NCBI GenBank assembly: GCA_963727825.1
Contig: CAVSHO010000013.1
Span: 1-64,000 of the forward strand
DNA: 64,000 bases
Source of the DNA: Ignavibacteriota bacterium
GTDB taxonomy: Bacteria; Bacteroidota; Ignavibacteria; UBA10030
Reading direction: 5' to 3'
The notes beneath the pieces are model-generated. The model worked only from the letters and a program-made list of their open reading frames with translations, searched no databases and had not been told where the DNA came from. The translations under genes were made by a program, and so were the position numbers. Numbering within the stretch: position 1 is the first letter of the stretch; every line of letters starts with the position of its first letter. This document shows positions 21,701 through 31,394 of the stretch, in pieces.

Positions 21701-22725
21701 CTCACAGTAAAAAAATAGCAGTTAGTATCAGTGTAGGGATTAATATAATGTTGAAAACTTTTACTGCCTGCATCGTAGTTCCAGCCTTTTACTCCGCGTC
21801 CATAGAAAACGACATAATCCGCTGTGTCTATGCCGGTGCTGTTCTTTCGCACAACAAGACGTGGAATTTCCACTAATGAATCTGGCCTCGGATCAGTGTT
21901 GTTATCCGGAACTACCAATCCGCCATTTCCGAACAATCGAACTGAATTAATATCATTGACCGAAATATTTAGATTATGCAAATAAGTATTATCTATTTTG
22001 TACATACCATCATTTGCTACATTGATTCGATACCAATCTCCTTGTGCAAATGGAGAATTTCCTGACGTCACTTTGTGCAAACCCGCTTGCATTGTTTTGG
22101 CAAGCTGTGCTTTTTTCGGTAGTTCCCCTCTAAGAAAACAAGTGGAACGCAAGCCATTTTGAAAAGCATCTTTGAATTCAAACCTGATTGTTATACGTGA
22201 ATATATCCTTACTCTTTCTTTATCTATCACTTGGATAGGATGCATTACAATGGTTGCAGTATAACCAATGCTTGTTTCTCCAACACGTGCCACTTTTGCA
22301 AGTGCTTTTTGTGGTGAAGATCGCGCATCTTGGATAAATTTTGCATCATCGTAGCTTTCACTTACTCCAAAATCTTTTAGGGATTTTATTGTCGGTTTAG
22401 GTAGAAGTTTTATCGAATCTCTAATTTGAAATTCGCTCCGCAGGACTTGAAATGAATATCGCGTTGAAGGGAAGAACAATAGAATATTCCGAGAAAATTC
22501 TGCCTGTCCGGTAGAATCGAATGTTAATTGGTTTTCGAAAAAATGAAACCGTGTAAAAATACCACCATGAATCCCAGTCACACGTTCAGTTGTAATATGG
22601 GGTGTAAATTCAAGAACAACGGATTGTTGGTCTTCACTCAAGATTCGGATATCTGTCAACGGCTGGGCGGTGCCCATCAGCGTTCCGATTAATAATAGGA
22701 TTGTAATTGTAAAAGTATTTTTCAT
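18745..22725 (-). CDS. porU: T9SS sortase PorU (C25 gingipain fold)
   Basis: GDWYRI..DGMYKI, IYNEFSGG.PDP..IR, IGRLPV, catalytic NYIGHG and ITATC, DTVGPVI..DESGIN..GVGH, CTD NYPNPF. Adjacent to porV. Confidence 0.92.
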   Translation of the reverse strand: MKNTFTITILLLIGTLMGTAQPLTDIRILSEDQQSVVLEFTPHITTERVTGIHGGIFTRFHFFENQLTFDSTGQAEFSRNILLFFPSTRYSFQVLRSEFQIRDSIKLLPKPTIKSLKDFGVSESYDDAKFIQDARSSPQKALAKVARVGETSIGYTATIVMHPIQVIDKERVRIYSRITIRFEFKDAFQNGLRSTCFLRGELPKKAQLAKTMQAGLHKVTSGNSPFAQGDWYRINVANDGMYKIDNTYLHNLNISVNDINSVRLFGNGGLVVPDNNTDPRPDSLVEIPRLVVRKNSTGIDTADYVVFYGRGVKGWNYDAGSKSFQHYINPYTDTNCYFFTVSQGTGEQMDSIISPNPTSTSKQYFQEKIFFKKEIYNLLSSGRRWAGKEFSGTDTTDTYYNSLPGIVSNSQINYAFNFIRRSASTDLLNIYESGNLIQQISMWAAPIISGELGDGETTPYAEDLPVTATGGVPINPNSSIVKIQVVTTNQASETWLDWLEIYYQRYFEALNDALLFTTADTSGLIQYSVSNLSSEVRAFDVTDHNDVKQIKFNQTGSSCTFQLQQIPGNVREIAVIGKNGYLTPTTATKVAKFTPNNLHDVQDQIDFIIISPTEFISEANRLRDYRKLNDSLNTLVVDIHQIYNEFSGGLPDPLSIREFINYTQNNWADPKPRYVLLFGSGHFDYKNISTTQSNWMPPYETEESFETVDSYPCDDQFVMLGYSNSYALAIGRLPVRSLKDAASMVDKVISYETNSPLDPWRNKITFVSDDGLTSTSDDGSVYTDHSEEIAGTSALVNYEENKIYEIAYPTVNSAGGRRKPDVNKAIVNAINSGTIITNYIGHGNEFLWAHEDVFTQAVDLPQLSNKNRLTFTITATCRYGCYDNPTEVSSGEQLVTMEQGGSIADFSPARVVYDPPNFALDESLFNYLLQKDSDNQFPRIGDACLFAKSINADQLNTQKFHLFGDPTVRLLMPKNNAAVDSINGSGVLGNDTIQIKSLGLARIAGTVKQNNTLISSFTGEGTLQLFDSQRIDSIVQGIGTFIFKLTGSSLYCGDVSITNGHYTAIVPVPKDVTIGKNARISMYAWSGQSDASGSIENVMINGIDTTTARDTVGPVITLYLDTIAFRPGDVVKSNPTIIVKLEDESGINTSTVGVGHQLSATINNPVQTFDLSSYYHSSLDNYKKGEVDYPLSNLSDGKYTLSVKAWDIQNNSSTAETYFEVHSADDFAMFNVVNYPNPFSNATTFTFERTSYDPIDVQIKIYSVAGRLIANIDHQNIAESSVRIPWDGKDNDGNTLANGVYFYKLVVRDKNSQRSNETIGKLAVMR

Positions 22726-22769
22726 AAAAAAAAAGCCAAACGAGAGAAAATATACTGTCTCGTTCGGCT
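22726..22769 (-). terminator. Intrinsic terminator directly upstream of the porU start codon
   Basis: RNA AGCCGAACGAGA-loop-UCUCGUUUGGCU (12 bp, one G-U) followed by a U tract that runs into AUG. Confidence 0.8.
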
Positions 22770-22905
22770 AAACTCTTCTTTATTTAGAGATCGTCAGCCG
22801 AACTTGAAAAGGTCTGTACTTCCAACATAATCCCTATAGTATAAAACACGCCGAAATACTTTAGGAATAAACCTTTATCAAGCCCTCGATACAATCTCCA
22901 TAAAC
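22726..22905 (-). promoter_or_regulatory. Structured porU leader (candidate attenuator/riboswitch, or sRNA)
   Basis: Mutually exclusive helices read by eye; see the finding. Confidence 0.6.
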
Positions 22906-22930
22906 AATATTATTCTTTTTAAACTGATAA

Positions 22931-22959
22931 AAGATAGCGAATGAAAAGAAGATTGTCAA
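22931..22959 (-). promoter_or_regulatory. Sigma70-type promoter for the porU leader
   Basis: TTGACA (22959-22954), 17-nt spacer, TATCTT (22936-22931). Confidence 0.65.
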
Positions 22960-23178
22960 GCAATTGATTCGCGATTTGCTCAAACTATTCTATAGCTGAT
23001 CTATGTTTTCTGTTATTTAGAAGAATTTTAACAATAGAACTCCACAATTGCTCTATTCTATTTTTTGATGAATGATATTTTCAGAAAAGATGATTAGAAA
23101 TAAATGATTTGCTTTGCAGTTCTGGCAATATTTTGCTAAATTATATTTATCGAAAGCATTTATCCTTATTTAGGTAAT

Positions 23179-24666
23179 ATGAGTAGACCTCTTAACATTC
23201 TTTTTGTCACCAGCGAAGTATATCCCTTCGCAAAAACTGGCGGGCTTGCTGACGTTTCCGGCGCCCTTCCTAAAGCAATCAAAGATCTCGGACACGAAAT
23301 TCGCATAATGATGCCGCGATACCGATTTATTGGTGAACGGAAGTTTAGATTGCATGACATCATACGTTTACACGAAATACCGATTCCCGTTGGAAGCATC
23401 GTCGAACTTGGGAATGTCAAATCTTCTTTCATTAATAATTTGAAAGAAAAAGTTCAGGTTTATTTTTTAGACAATACGAATTTTTATGGCCGCGATGGCA
23501 TTTACCAAAGTCCAACGACAAAGAAAGATTACAAAGATAATGATGAACGATTCATCTTTTTTTGCCGTGGTGTGATAGAAACATTAAAACGATTAGGGTG
23601 GCAGCCGGATATTATCCATTGCAACGATTGGCAATCTGGTTTAATACCTGCATACCTCAAAACCATGTGCATGGCTGATCCATTCTTTAAATCGATGAAG
23701 ACGGTTTTCACTATACATAACATGGGATATCAAGGTGCCTTTCCGCAGGAATCATTTGCAAAATCGAATTTGCCGATAGAGTTATTTGATACGAATGGCG
23801 TAGAAGCGTATGGCTGCTTTAACTTCCTTAAAGCGGGCATCTTTTTCTCTGATGCTATTACAACAGTCAGCGAAAAGTATGCTGACGAGATTTGCAAATC
23901 TCCTGAAATCGGAGCTGGACTCAATGGCTTACTTACTGCACGACGAAAAGACTTAAGCGGAATTCTTAACGGTATTGATTACCAAATTTGGGATCCGGCG
24001 ACCGATGAATACAGTTTCCGAAAATTTGACGTCAAATCTATTGAAGCTAAAGTTGACAATAAACGCGCGTTAATGACAAAGTTAGGAATGGAATTTTCCG
24101 AGGATCGTCCTGCCATCGGGATAATTAGCCGCCTTGCGGATCAAAAAGGATTTGATTTAATCTTTGAAATTATAGAAGACATCATTCGGCTTGATGTCCA
24201 GATAGTCATGCTTGTCGCAGGTGAAAGAGACTACGAGAAGAAAGTAGAAGCACTCCAAAAGAAATATCCGAAGCGAATTTTTGCATTTATCGGTTATGAT
24301 AATGAACTAGCGCATATGATTGAAGCGGGAACGGATATGTTCCTCATGCCGTCTAAGTATGAGCCTTGTGGATTAAACCAGATGTATAGCATGCGGTATG
24401 GCACTGTTCCAATAGTCCGTGCAACTGGCGGATTAGACGACACAGTAGAAGATTATATCGGTAATGGAAAAGGCACAGGATTTAAGTTTGAAAAATATGA
24501 ATCTAAAGAGTTAATGAAAGTGATTCAGCGGGCTCTGAAGGTCTTCCAGCAACCTGAAGAATGGAAACGAATAATGCGAAATGGTATGATGTGCAATTTT
24601 TCATGGGAAAATTCAGCACGAAAGTACATCAACCTCTATAAAGACCTTTTAAAACATAATGTATGA
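23179..24666 (+). CDS. glgA: Glycogen synthase (GT5)
   Basis: SEVYPFAKTGGLADV, IIHCNDWQ, FTIHN..YQG, MPSKYEPCGLNQM, TGGL.DTV. Confidence 0.95.
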   Translation: MSRPLNILFVTSEVYPFAKTGGLADVSGALPKAIKDLGHEIRIMMPRYRFIGERKFRLHDIIRLHEIPIPVGSIVELGNVKSSFINNLKEKVQVYFLDNTNFYGRDGIYQSPTTKKDYKDNDERFIFFCRGVIETLKRLGWQPDIIHCNDWQSGLIPAYLKTMCMADPFFKSMKTVFTIHNMGYQGAFPQESFAKSNLPIELFDTNGVEAYGCFNFLKAGIFFSDAITTVSEKYADEICKSPEIGAGLNGLLTARRKDLSGILNGIDYQIWDPATDEYSFRKFDVKSIEAKVDNKRALMTKLGMEFSEDRPAIGIISRLADQKGFDLIFEIIEDIIRLDVQIVMLVAGERDYEKKVEALQKKYPKRIFAFIGYDNELAHMIEAGTDMFLMPSKYEPCGLNQMYSMRYGTVPIVRATGGLDDTVEDYIGNGKGTGFKFEKYESKELMKVIQRALKVFQQPEEWKRIMRNGMMCNFSWENSARKYINLYKDLLKHNV

Positions 24667-24802
24667 TCTCGAATGACGTTGGATTTTTTCTCGCCCATAG
24701 CTTGGCGATACAGAAACTGCTCATCTCCACCGTCCAGAATATCTCTAATTGAAATCTTTCTCATCTTACATCGCTATCGAAATAGACAAAGGATATTGTG
24801 AA

Positions 24803-26014
24803 TTGAAGGTGTTCCGTTTTATTCTCCTCTTCTGCATCGCATCGATATTGTTTTTAATTGGCGGCTGCAATGACACTCCAAATTCTGTAGGTAAAGGCTC
24901 GCTTAAACAAGAAGACTTCGGCGTAGTCCATGTCGATACATTTTATGCCACAGATCATTCCACAATCCCAAATGTAATGTCCACATCCTCAAGTGATCGA
25001 TTCATGATCGGCCAGTATAAAACATATCAAGCTTGGACATGCTTAAAATTTGATCAATGGCCGGATACTCTAGTCGGTGTTAAAATTGTTAGTGCATCAA
25101 TTCACTTGAGAAGTGTTTACCATTTCGGCGATTCATTAGCACCTTTATCGTTTAATGTGTACCGCGCAATGTCAAACCTTTTCTTGAGCGATTCACTTAC
25201 ATATGATTCATTAAAATTAAATAGCGTAAATAGTGCTAATGGTATTTATTACAACAGTAATAATGCGGTTGGCACGTATCCGTCCACTTCATTTGGAGAT
25301 ACTGATGCTATTATAATCAATATTCTTGATACGACAATGCTTCGGCAGTGGTTCTCAACAAACAATGATACTTCGGATCTTAATGATGGTCTTATCTTTC
25401 GTCCAACTAATTCAAATGTTATTAAAGGATTTTATTCATATAATAATGCATCTGATACATCCCTGCAACCTACACTCTTTGTTAGTTATATAGATACAAA
25501 CGGTATTCCTTATTATGACTATCCTCTTAAATCCAGTCTTTCAGAATATGTTGCAACAGTCAACCAGGCAAGCCTTATTACGGATAACAGTTTGATTTAT
25601 GTGCAAAATGGCATTTCCTATCGAGGGCTTGTATCGTTCGACAGTATTCCTATTCCTTGGCCGACTTCTATTCACCGTGCGGTTCTTCAAGTAACTTTGA
25701 ACTCATCTCAATCCTCAAGTCAGTTTATTCCATTCGCTCACGACTCAATGTTCGCACTCTCCGTGGGAACGAACCAAGAAAGTGATGGAGGGGCATATGG
25801 AACGAGCTTACGTAACGATAGTTCTGGCTATCCCGTTTATTCATTTGAAATAAGATCAGTTGCGATACGTATGCTTAGTAACGCCTCAATACGAAAAGTG
25901 ATTTTGAGTGGTTACATAGAGGATGGGTCTTTCGATTTGCATTCATTATATGGTGCTATTCCAGATAAAAAATTAAAACCTAGAATCATTATCACTTATT
26001 CCGTTCAACGTTGA
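24803..26014 (+). CDS. Putative lipoprotein (DUF4270-like)
   Basis: Hydrophobic stretch ending in lipobox IGGC followed by ND; probable TTG start at 24803. Its position after glgA resembles Bacteroidota synteny. Confidence 0.55.
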   Translation: MKVFRFILLFCIASILFLIGGCNDTPNSVGKGSLKQEDFGVVHVDTFYATDHSTIPNVMSTSSSDRFMIGQYKTYQAWTCLKFDQWPDTLVGVKIVSASIHLRSVYHFGDSLAPLSFNVYRAMSNLFLSDSLTYDSLKLNSVNSANGIYYNSNNAVGTYPSTSFGDTDAIIINILDTTMLRQWFSTNNDTSDLNDGLIFRPTNSNVIKGFYSYNNASDTSLQPTLFVSYIDTNGIPYYDYPLKSSLSEYVATVNQASLITDNSLIYVQNGISYRGLVSFDSIPIPWPTSIHRAVLQVTLNSSQSSSQFIPFAHDSMFALSVGTNQESDGGAYGTSLRNDSSGYPVYSFEIRSVAIRMLSNASIRKVILSGYIEDGSFDLHSLYGAIPDKKLKPRIIITYSVQR

Positions 26015-26028
26015 CACGTTTGTAGACT

Positions 26029-27285
26029 ATGCATAATTCTAAAATAAAAATATTTCTATTTATCTTAATCGTCGTATTTCCGTCAATCACTTTTGCTGGC
26101 GGGTCTTCTTTCTCTCGATACGGCTTTGGTGATCTCTTATTTAACGGTGATAGTCGAACATATGCTATGAGTGGCACAGGAATTGCTTTTATAGACGATG
26201 GGTTTATTAACGGATTAAATCCAGCTGGCCTCGCACGTATTTCTTATACAAGATTTTCAGCCGGGCTGGAATACAATAATTTTTTTTCTAAAGATGAAAC
26301 TGGTTCTTCATCTTATTCTACAGGTGGATTACAAGGATTATCTTTTGCTTTCCCGATTTCAACAGAGAACGGAATTGTGATGTCTGCCGAATTCACTCCA
26401 TACAGCAAAGTAAGTTACGGCATTACTTCTTCTCTCTATGATACTTTAACACAATCAATAAAAAATGCAACATTTTATGGCAACGGAGGTCTTTCCTATA
26501 TTGGATTGGGACTTTCTGCATCTCCTTTAACGACACTGCACTTCGGTGCACGCGTAAATTACATGTACGGACGTACAGATCAGTATCAAACAACCGCTTT
26601 CGATAGCACGTATTTAGCTTCTACTACATTTGATCGTTCTGTCTATTATTCTGGTTTTACATTTACACTAGGAACAATTTATGAAGGTATAGCTGACCTT
26701 CTAAATATTCAAGCTCTGCATTCTTTTACAATTGGAGTAACTTTAACAACCGGCTGTTCTCTTAACGCTGATATACAACGAACGTACTCTGAAAGTTCCT
26801 ATATATCAGGCGATTCAACAGTCACAGAAAATGGTACATCTGGCATTCCTCTTTCTCTTGGCCTTGGACTTTCTTATGTATATCATAATCGTTACCGCTT
26901 TCTGGGAGATTTAGTAGCTGAAAATTGGGGAAATATTAAATATGTCGGATTAGATACTGTTGGTCATCGGAATTCTTTACGTGCAAGTCTAGGTTTCGAA
27001 GCACTTCCCGAAAAAGACGCAGATACTTTTGTAAAGCGTATCGTTTACCGAGCTGGTATTGCTTATAATGCAACATATTACGAAATCAATGGTGTTGGCA
27101 TTAATGAGTTTACTATAAGTGGAGGTCTTGGACTTCCGATGGGACCGGAATCTCAGCTAAATATTGGTTTGCAAATAGGATTACGCGGCAGTACAGATAA
27201 CCATCTAGAAAAGGATACAATCGTTCGTCTTTCAGTTGCAGTATCCGCAACTGAAATATGGTTTCTAAGATTCGAGGAGGAGTAA
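26029..27285 (+). CDS. Outer-membrane beta-barrel protein (FadL/OmpP1-like superfamily)
   Basis: Signal peptide, SSFSRYGFGD..AMSGTGIA..NPAGL plug motif, amphipathic strands, C-terminal EIWF. Confidence 0.7.
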   Translation: MHNSKIKIFLFILIVVFPSITFAGGSSFSRYGFGDLLFNGDSRTYAMSGTGIAFIDDGFINGLNPAGLARISYTRFSAGLEYNNFFSKDETGSSSYSTGGLQGLSFAFPISTENGIVMSAEFTPYSKVSYGITSSLYDTLTQSIKNATFYGNGGLSYIGLGLSASPLTTLHFGARVNYMYGRTDQYQTTAFDSTYLASTTFDRSVYYSGFTFTLGTIYEGIADLLNIQALHSFTIGVTLTTGCSLNADIQRTYSESSYISGDSTVTENGTSGIPLSLGLGLSYVYHNRYRFLGDLVAENWGNIKYVGLDTVGHRNSLRASLGFEALPEKDADTFVKRIVYRAGIAYNATYYEINGVGINEFTISGGLGLPMGPESQLNIGLQIGLRGSTDNHLEKDTIVRLSVAVSATEIWFLRFEEE

Positions 27286-27290
27286 GGCTT

Positions 27291-27730
27291 ATGATTGCAC
27301 TTGGCAGCGATCATGCAGGTTTTGATTACAAAGAACGTTTAAAAAACTTCTCGATAAAATCGAAAAAAACTATCAGGATTTTGGTACTTTTTCGCCAGAC
27401 TCTGTTGATTATCCCGATATTGCACACATGGTTTCAAATGAAGTCTCTTCTGGTAAATTTCAATGCGGTATTTTAATCTGCGGAACTGGAATCGGAATGT
27501 CGATTGTTGCCAACAAGCACAATGGAATTCGTGCCGCCGTTTGTGAATCTTCTGCATCAGCAAAGCTTTCACGTGAACATAATGATGCTAATATCCTTTG
27601 TTTGGGTGCGCGCATCACTGGTTGGGAAACAGCAACAGAAATTGTAAAGACTTTTTTAACAACTCCATTTAGCGGCGGAGAACGGCACATATGCCGAATT
27701 CAAAAAATCCATTCTCTTACAGGCTTATAA
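27291..27730 (+). CDS. rpiB: Ribose-5-phosphate isomerase B (frameshift in an A-run near 27342)
   Basis: MIALGSDHAG in one frame, DYPD..GILICGTGIGMSIVANK..REHNDANILCLGAR in the next. Adding one A restores the frame. Confidence 0.9.
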
Positions 27731-27783
27731 TATTTGATTAATCAATATAAAATATTTCATTCATTTTCTAATTTAATTTAATC

Positions 27784-29079
27784 ATGAATAATATCAAAAT
27801 ATCTGATCCGGAAATCTTTAGCGCTATTCAAAGTGAAGTTCACAGACAAAATTCCAAACTCGAACTAATTGCTTCAGAAAACTTTGTCAGCCTTGCTGTG
27901 CTTGAAGCGTTGGGTAGCGTTCTGACGAATAAATATGCAGAAGGATATCCGGCAAAACGATATTATGGTGGATGCGAATTTATCGATGTTGCTGAGAACC
28001 TGGCGCGTGATCGGGCGAAGAAATTGTTCGGAGCTGAATATGTCAATGTCCAGCCACATGCAGGGTCACAGGCAAATATGGCTGTCTACTTTTCTTTTAT
28101 CAAGCCAGGTGATACCGTTCTTGGTATGAATCTTTCTCATGGTGGACACTTGACTCATGGATCTCCTGTGAACTTTTCAGGACAATTATATCGCTTTTCT
28201 GCCTACGGTGTCTCGAAAGAAACAGGCCGTATTGATTATAATGACGTTGAAGAAAAAGCTAAACGTGACCGACCTAAAATGATTACAGTCGGTGCGAGCG
28301 CCTATTCTCGCAATATCGATTACAAAGCATTCCGAGAAATTGCGGATAAAGTTGGTGCATTCCTCTTTGCCGATATAGCGCATCCCGCCGGATTAGTTGC
28401 AGCAAAGCTGCACAATGATCCACTTCCATATTGCCACGTCGTTACTACAACGACTCATAAAACACTTCGCGGTCCCCGTGGAGGAATGATTATGATCGGC
28501 AAAGATTATGAGAATCCATTTGGACAAGTAGCGCCAAAATCCGGTAGAAAAAAAATGATGTCAGAGCTGATTGATTCGATGGTAATTCCAGGTATTCAAG
28601 GTGGACCGCTTATGCACGTCATTGCCGCAAAGGCTGTAGCTTTTGGCGAGAATCTCCAACCGCAATTTGGCATTTACGCAGAACAAATTATTAAAAATGC
28701 GCATGCGCTCGCTTCCTCATTGAACAAACGCGGCTACAATATTATCTCCGGCGGCACAGATAATCATTTAATGCTTATAGATCTCCGCAACAAAAATCTG
28801 ACTGGCAAGGAATCTCAGGAAGCTCTTGATCTCGCCGGTATAACAGTGAATAAAAATGCAGTTCCATTTGACGATAAATCGCCGCTGATCACAAGCGGTA
28901 TTCGTATTGGTACGCCTGCAATTACAACTCGAGGGATGAAGGAATCTGAAATGGAAGTCATTGCGGATTTTATAGACCGTGTTCTTAATAATCGAACAAA
29001 CGAAAAAATATTAAAACAGATCAGTGAAGAAGTAAAGGCATTGTGTGAAGGATTCCCTCTATATCCCGAAATGGTTTAG
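27784..29079 (+). CDS. glyA: Serine hydroxymethyltransferase
   Basis: [39 protein letters not shown]. Confidence 0.97.
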   Translation: MNNIKISDPEIFSAIQSEVHRQNSKLELIASENFVSLAVLEALGSVLTNKYAEGYPAKRYYGGCEFIDVAENLARDRAKKLFGAEYVNVQPHAGSQANMAVYFSFIKPGDTVLGMNLSHGGHLTHGSPVNFSGQLYRFSAYGVSKETGRIDYNDVEEKAKRDRPKMITVGASAYSRNIDYKAFREIADKVGAFLFADIAHPAGLVAAKLHNDPLPYCHVVTTTTHKTLRGPRGGMIMIGKDYENPFGQVAPKSGRKKMMSELIDSMVIPGIQGGPLMHVIAAKAVAFGENLQPQFGIYAEQIIKNAHALASSLNKRGYNIISGGTDNHLMLIDLRNKNLTGKESQEALDLAGITVNKNAVPFDDKSPLITSGIRIGTPAITTRGMKESEMEVIADFIDRVLNNRTNEKILKQISEEVKALCEGFPLYPEMV

Positions 29080-29088
29080 CGGCGGCTC

Positions 29089-29886
29089 ATGAGTATAACG
29101 CAAGCCATCATTAAGAGAATATTTAAGTCATCCACAGACGGCATTTCCGGTGATCGCGAAATGTCATTTCTTGATCACCTCGAAGAATTACGCAAACAAA
29201 TCATTAAAATGGTTGTCGGCATTATCGTGGGTACTTTATTATGTATCTATTTTGCCGATTTCATAGTTCAAACTATCCTTATAGGTCCTCTTCGGTCAGT
29301 AGGATTAAAATCACAGGTGCTTACACCTTACGGTATTGTAATGCTATATATGGAAGCAATTCTAATTTGCGGTGTTATTCTTAGCATGCCTTATTCGATT
29401 TACTGCCTATGGAAATTTGTTGCGCCAGGATTACTTCCTAAAGAAAAGCAATATATTTCGCGTATAGTATTCTTCACGTCTATCTGCTTTTTTACCGGTA
29501 TAATATTTGGATATTATGTATTGCTACCGGCTGCACTGACATTTTTTTCCACTTTTGGTACACAGAACATTGAACTGCATATTGCACTCGATCAATATGT
29601 CAGTTTTATGTTAGCTTTATTGCTTGGAGCCGGACTTGTTTTTGAGCTGCCAATGATTTCGTATTTCTTGTCCAAGATGGGAATACTAACGCCTTCATTT
29701 ATGCGAAAATACCGCCGGCATGCCATTGTTGTTATCCTGATTATTGCTGCAGTAGTAACACCGACACCTGATATGGTTACACAAACTCTTCTCGCTCTGC
29801 CAATGTTTTTCCTTTATGAAGTCAGTATTATTGTTTGCAAGTTCGCTCAGAAGAAAAAAACTCCATCAGAGGAAATTACATTATGA
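29089..29886 (+). CDS. tatC: Twin-arginine translocase subunit TatC
   Basis: EMSFLDHLEELR, FVAPGL, GLVFELP, AAVVTPTPD, LYEVSI. Confidence 0.95.
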   Translation: MSITQAIIKRIFKSSTDGISGDREMSFLDHLEELRKQIIKMVVGIIVGTLLCIYFADFIVQTILIGPLRSVGLKSQVLTPYGIVMLYMEAILICGVILSMPYSIYCLWKFVAPGLLPKEKQYISRIVFFTSICFFTGIIFGYYVLLPAALTFFSTFGTQNIELHIALDQYVSFMLALLLGAGLVFELPMISYFLSKMGILTPSFMRKYRRHAIVVILIIAAVVTPTPDMVTQTLLALPMFFLYEVSIIVCKFAQKKKTPSEEITL

Positions 29887-30878
29887 GTATTATACATTCG
29901 TCCGATCATTCACTCGATTCAATTCGTGAACCAGTTGAGGAAGAACTAAAGATATTTGATAGCGTTTTTAGAGATTCAATGCGTTCTCAAGTCGCGCTTA
30001 TGGACGTCGTCACGCGTTATATCCTGCGACAAAAAGGGAAACGCGTTCGGCCTTTATTAGTTATGCTTAGTGCAAAATTATGTGGTGAAGTTAACGATAG
30101 TACATACCGAGCTGCAACACTTATTGAGCTTCTACATACCGCTACACTCGTTCACGATGATGTAGTTGATGATGCCGATACGCGTCGCGGATTTGCGTCC
30201 ATCAATGCCGTCTGGAAAAATAAAGTCGCTGTGTTGATGGGTGATTATCTCCTTTCACGTGGTTTATTGTTATCCTTGCAATACAATGATCATTATTTTT
30301 TGAATTCAACAGCAGATGCGGTAAAACGGATGAGTGAAGGAGAATTACTTCAGATTCAAAAGAGCCGCCAGCTCAATATCGATGAGAAAACATATATCAA
30401 AATCATTAGCGATAAAACAGGTTCACTTTTTTCAGCGTGTACAGATATTGGCGCGGCAAGTACGACACAAGATCAGGAAAAAAGAAATTTACTAAAAGCT
30501 TATGGAGAAAATATCGGTTTAGCATTTCAGATACGAGATGATTTATTAGATTATCTTGGACGAAAAAGCATATTAGGAAAATCCACCGGCAGTGACATTA
30601 AAGAAAAGAAACTTACGCTCCCGCTCATCTTTGCGCTTCAAAACAGCAATAGACACGAAGCAACGCAAGCATTACGATATATTAAGAAAGGCGCTCGGCA
30701 AAAAGAAATTGCATGGGTATTAGACTTCGTTCGTAAAAATGGCGGTATCGAGTATTCATTACAGAAAGCAGAAGAATATTCTGCGCTTGCGATTGATTCA
30801 CTCGTTTCCTTCCCCGATTCTTCAATTAAACAGTCACTTCTTCAATTTGCAGGTTTTGTTCTAGAGAGAAATAATTAG
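29883..30878 (+). CDS. Long-chain trans-polyprenyl diphosphate synthase (IspB/HepT-like)
   Basis: GKRVRP, first Asp-rich motif ATLVHDDVVD, RRG, second motif FQIRDDLLD. ATG 29883 overlaps the tatC stop. Confidence 0.9.
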   Translation: MSIIHSSDHSLDSIREPVEEELKIFDSVFRDSMRSQVALMDVVTRYILRQKGKRVRPLLVMLSAKLCGEVNDSTYRAATLIELLHTATLVHDDVVDDADTRRGFASINAVWKNKVAVLMGDYLLSRGLLLSLQYNDHYFLNSTADAVKRMSEGELLQIQKSRQLNIDEKTYIKIISDKTGSLFSACTDIGAASTTQDQEKRNLLKAYGENIGLAFQIRDDLLDYLGRKSILGKSTGSDIKEKKLTLPLIFALQNSNRHEATQALRYIKKGARQKEIAWVLDFVRKNGGIEYSLQKAEEYSALAIDSLVSFPDSSIKQSLLQFAGFVLERNN

Positions 30879-30950
30879 CATTTACGTCTGCTGCTATTTG
30901 CATTAAATGAAGAGATATTTCTCTTTTTTTTTCCCAGTTGTATTCTTTTG

Positions 30951-31394
30951 TTATTTAGACGATTGATTAACCAGCAACCAGTAAAGCACGAGATGACTCA
31001 TCGCTTCTATGAATTTATTGAAGTCTACTGGCTTCACTACATAGCTATTGGCTCCATATTCATAGGCAGTCTTGATATCCAAATCTTGTGCTGACGAAGT
31101 AACTATTACAACCGGAATCATCTTCGTCTTTTCATCTGATTTGATTGCCTTGAGTACCTCGAGACCATTGACCTTAGACAATTTCAAATCGAGCAATATC
31201 ACTTTCGGGTAATTGGTAATCACACGATCAGCGTACTTCCCTCTGCAAAGAATAAAGTCTAGAGTTTCCGCCCCATCCTCAATAACTTTAAGCTTGTTGG
31301 TAATATTGTGTTTATTTAGAGCTCGGATTGTTAACTCCGTGTCCCTGGGGTTATCCTCTACCAATAAGATATCTACTTCATTTTGATCATTCAA
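30951..31394 (-). CDS. Stand-alone receiver-domain response regulator (Rcp1-like)
   Basis: ILLVEDN, ILLDLKL, IPVVIVTSS, GANSYVVKPVDF, C-terminal YW. Confidence 0.85.
   Translation of the reverse strand: MNDQNEVDILLVEDNPRDTELTIRALNKHNITNKLKVIEDGAETLDFILCRGKYADRVITNYPKVILLDLKLSKVNGLEVLKAIKSDEKTKMIPVVIVTSSAQDLDIKTAYEYGANSYVVKPVDFNKFIEAMSHLVLYWLLVNQSSK

Noticed and set aside
22861-22920. Peptide NNIVYGDCIEGL resembling a DNA methyltransferase N-terminus
   Set aside because: No start codon, stops after a few residues, and the sequence is better explained by the RNA helices.
27335-27372. Programmed frameshift or phase variation in the rpiB A-runs
   Set aside because: Similar indels are scattered over many unrelated genes, so sequencing error is simpler.
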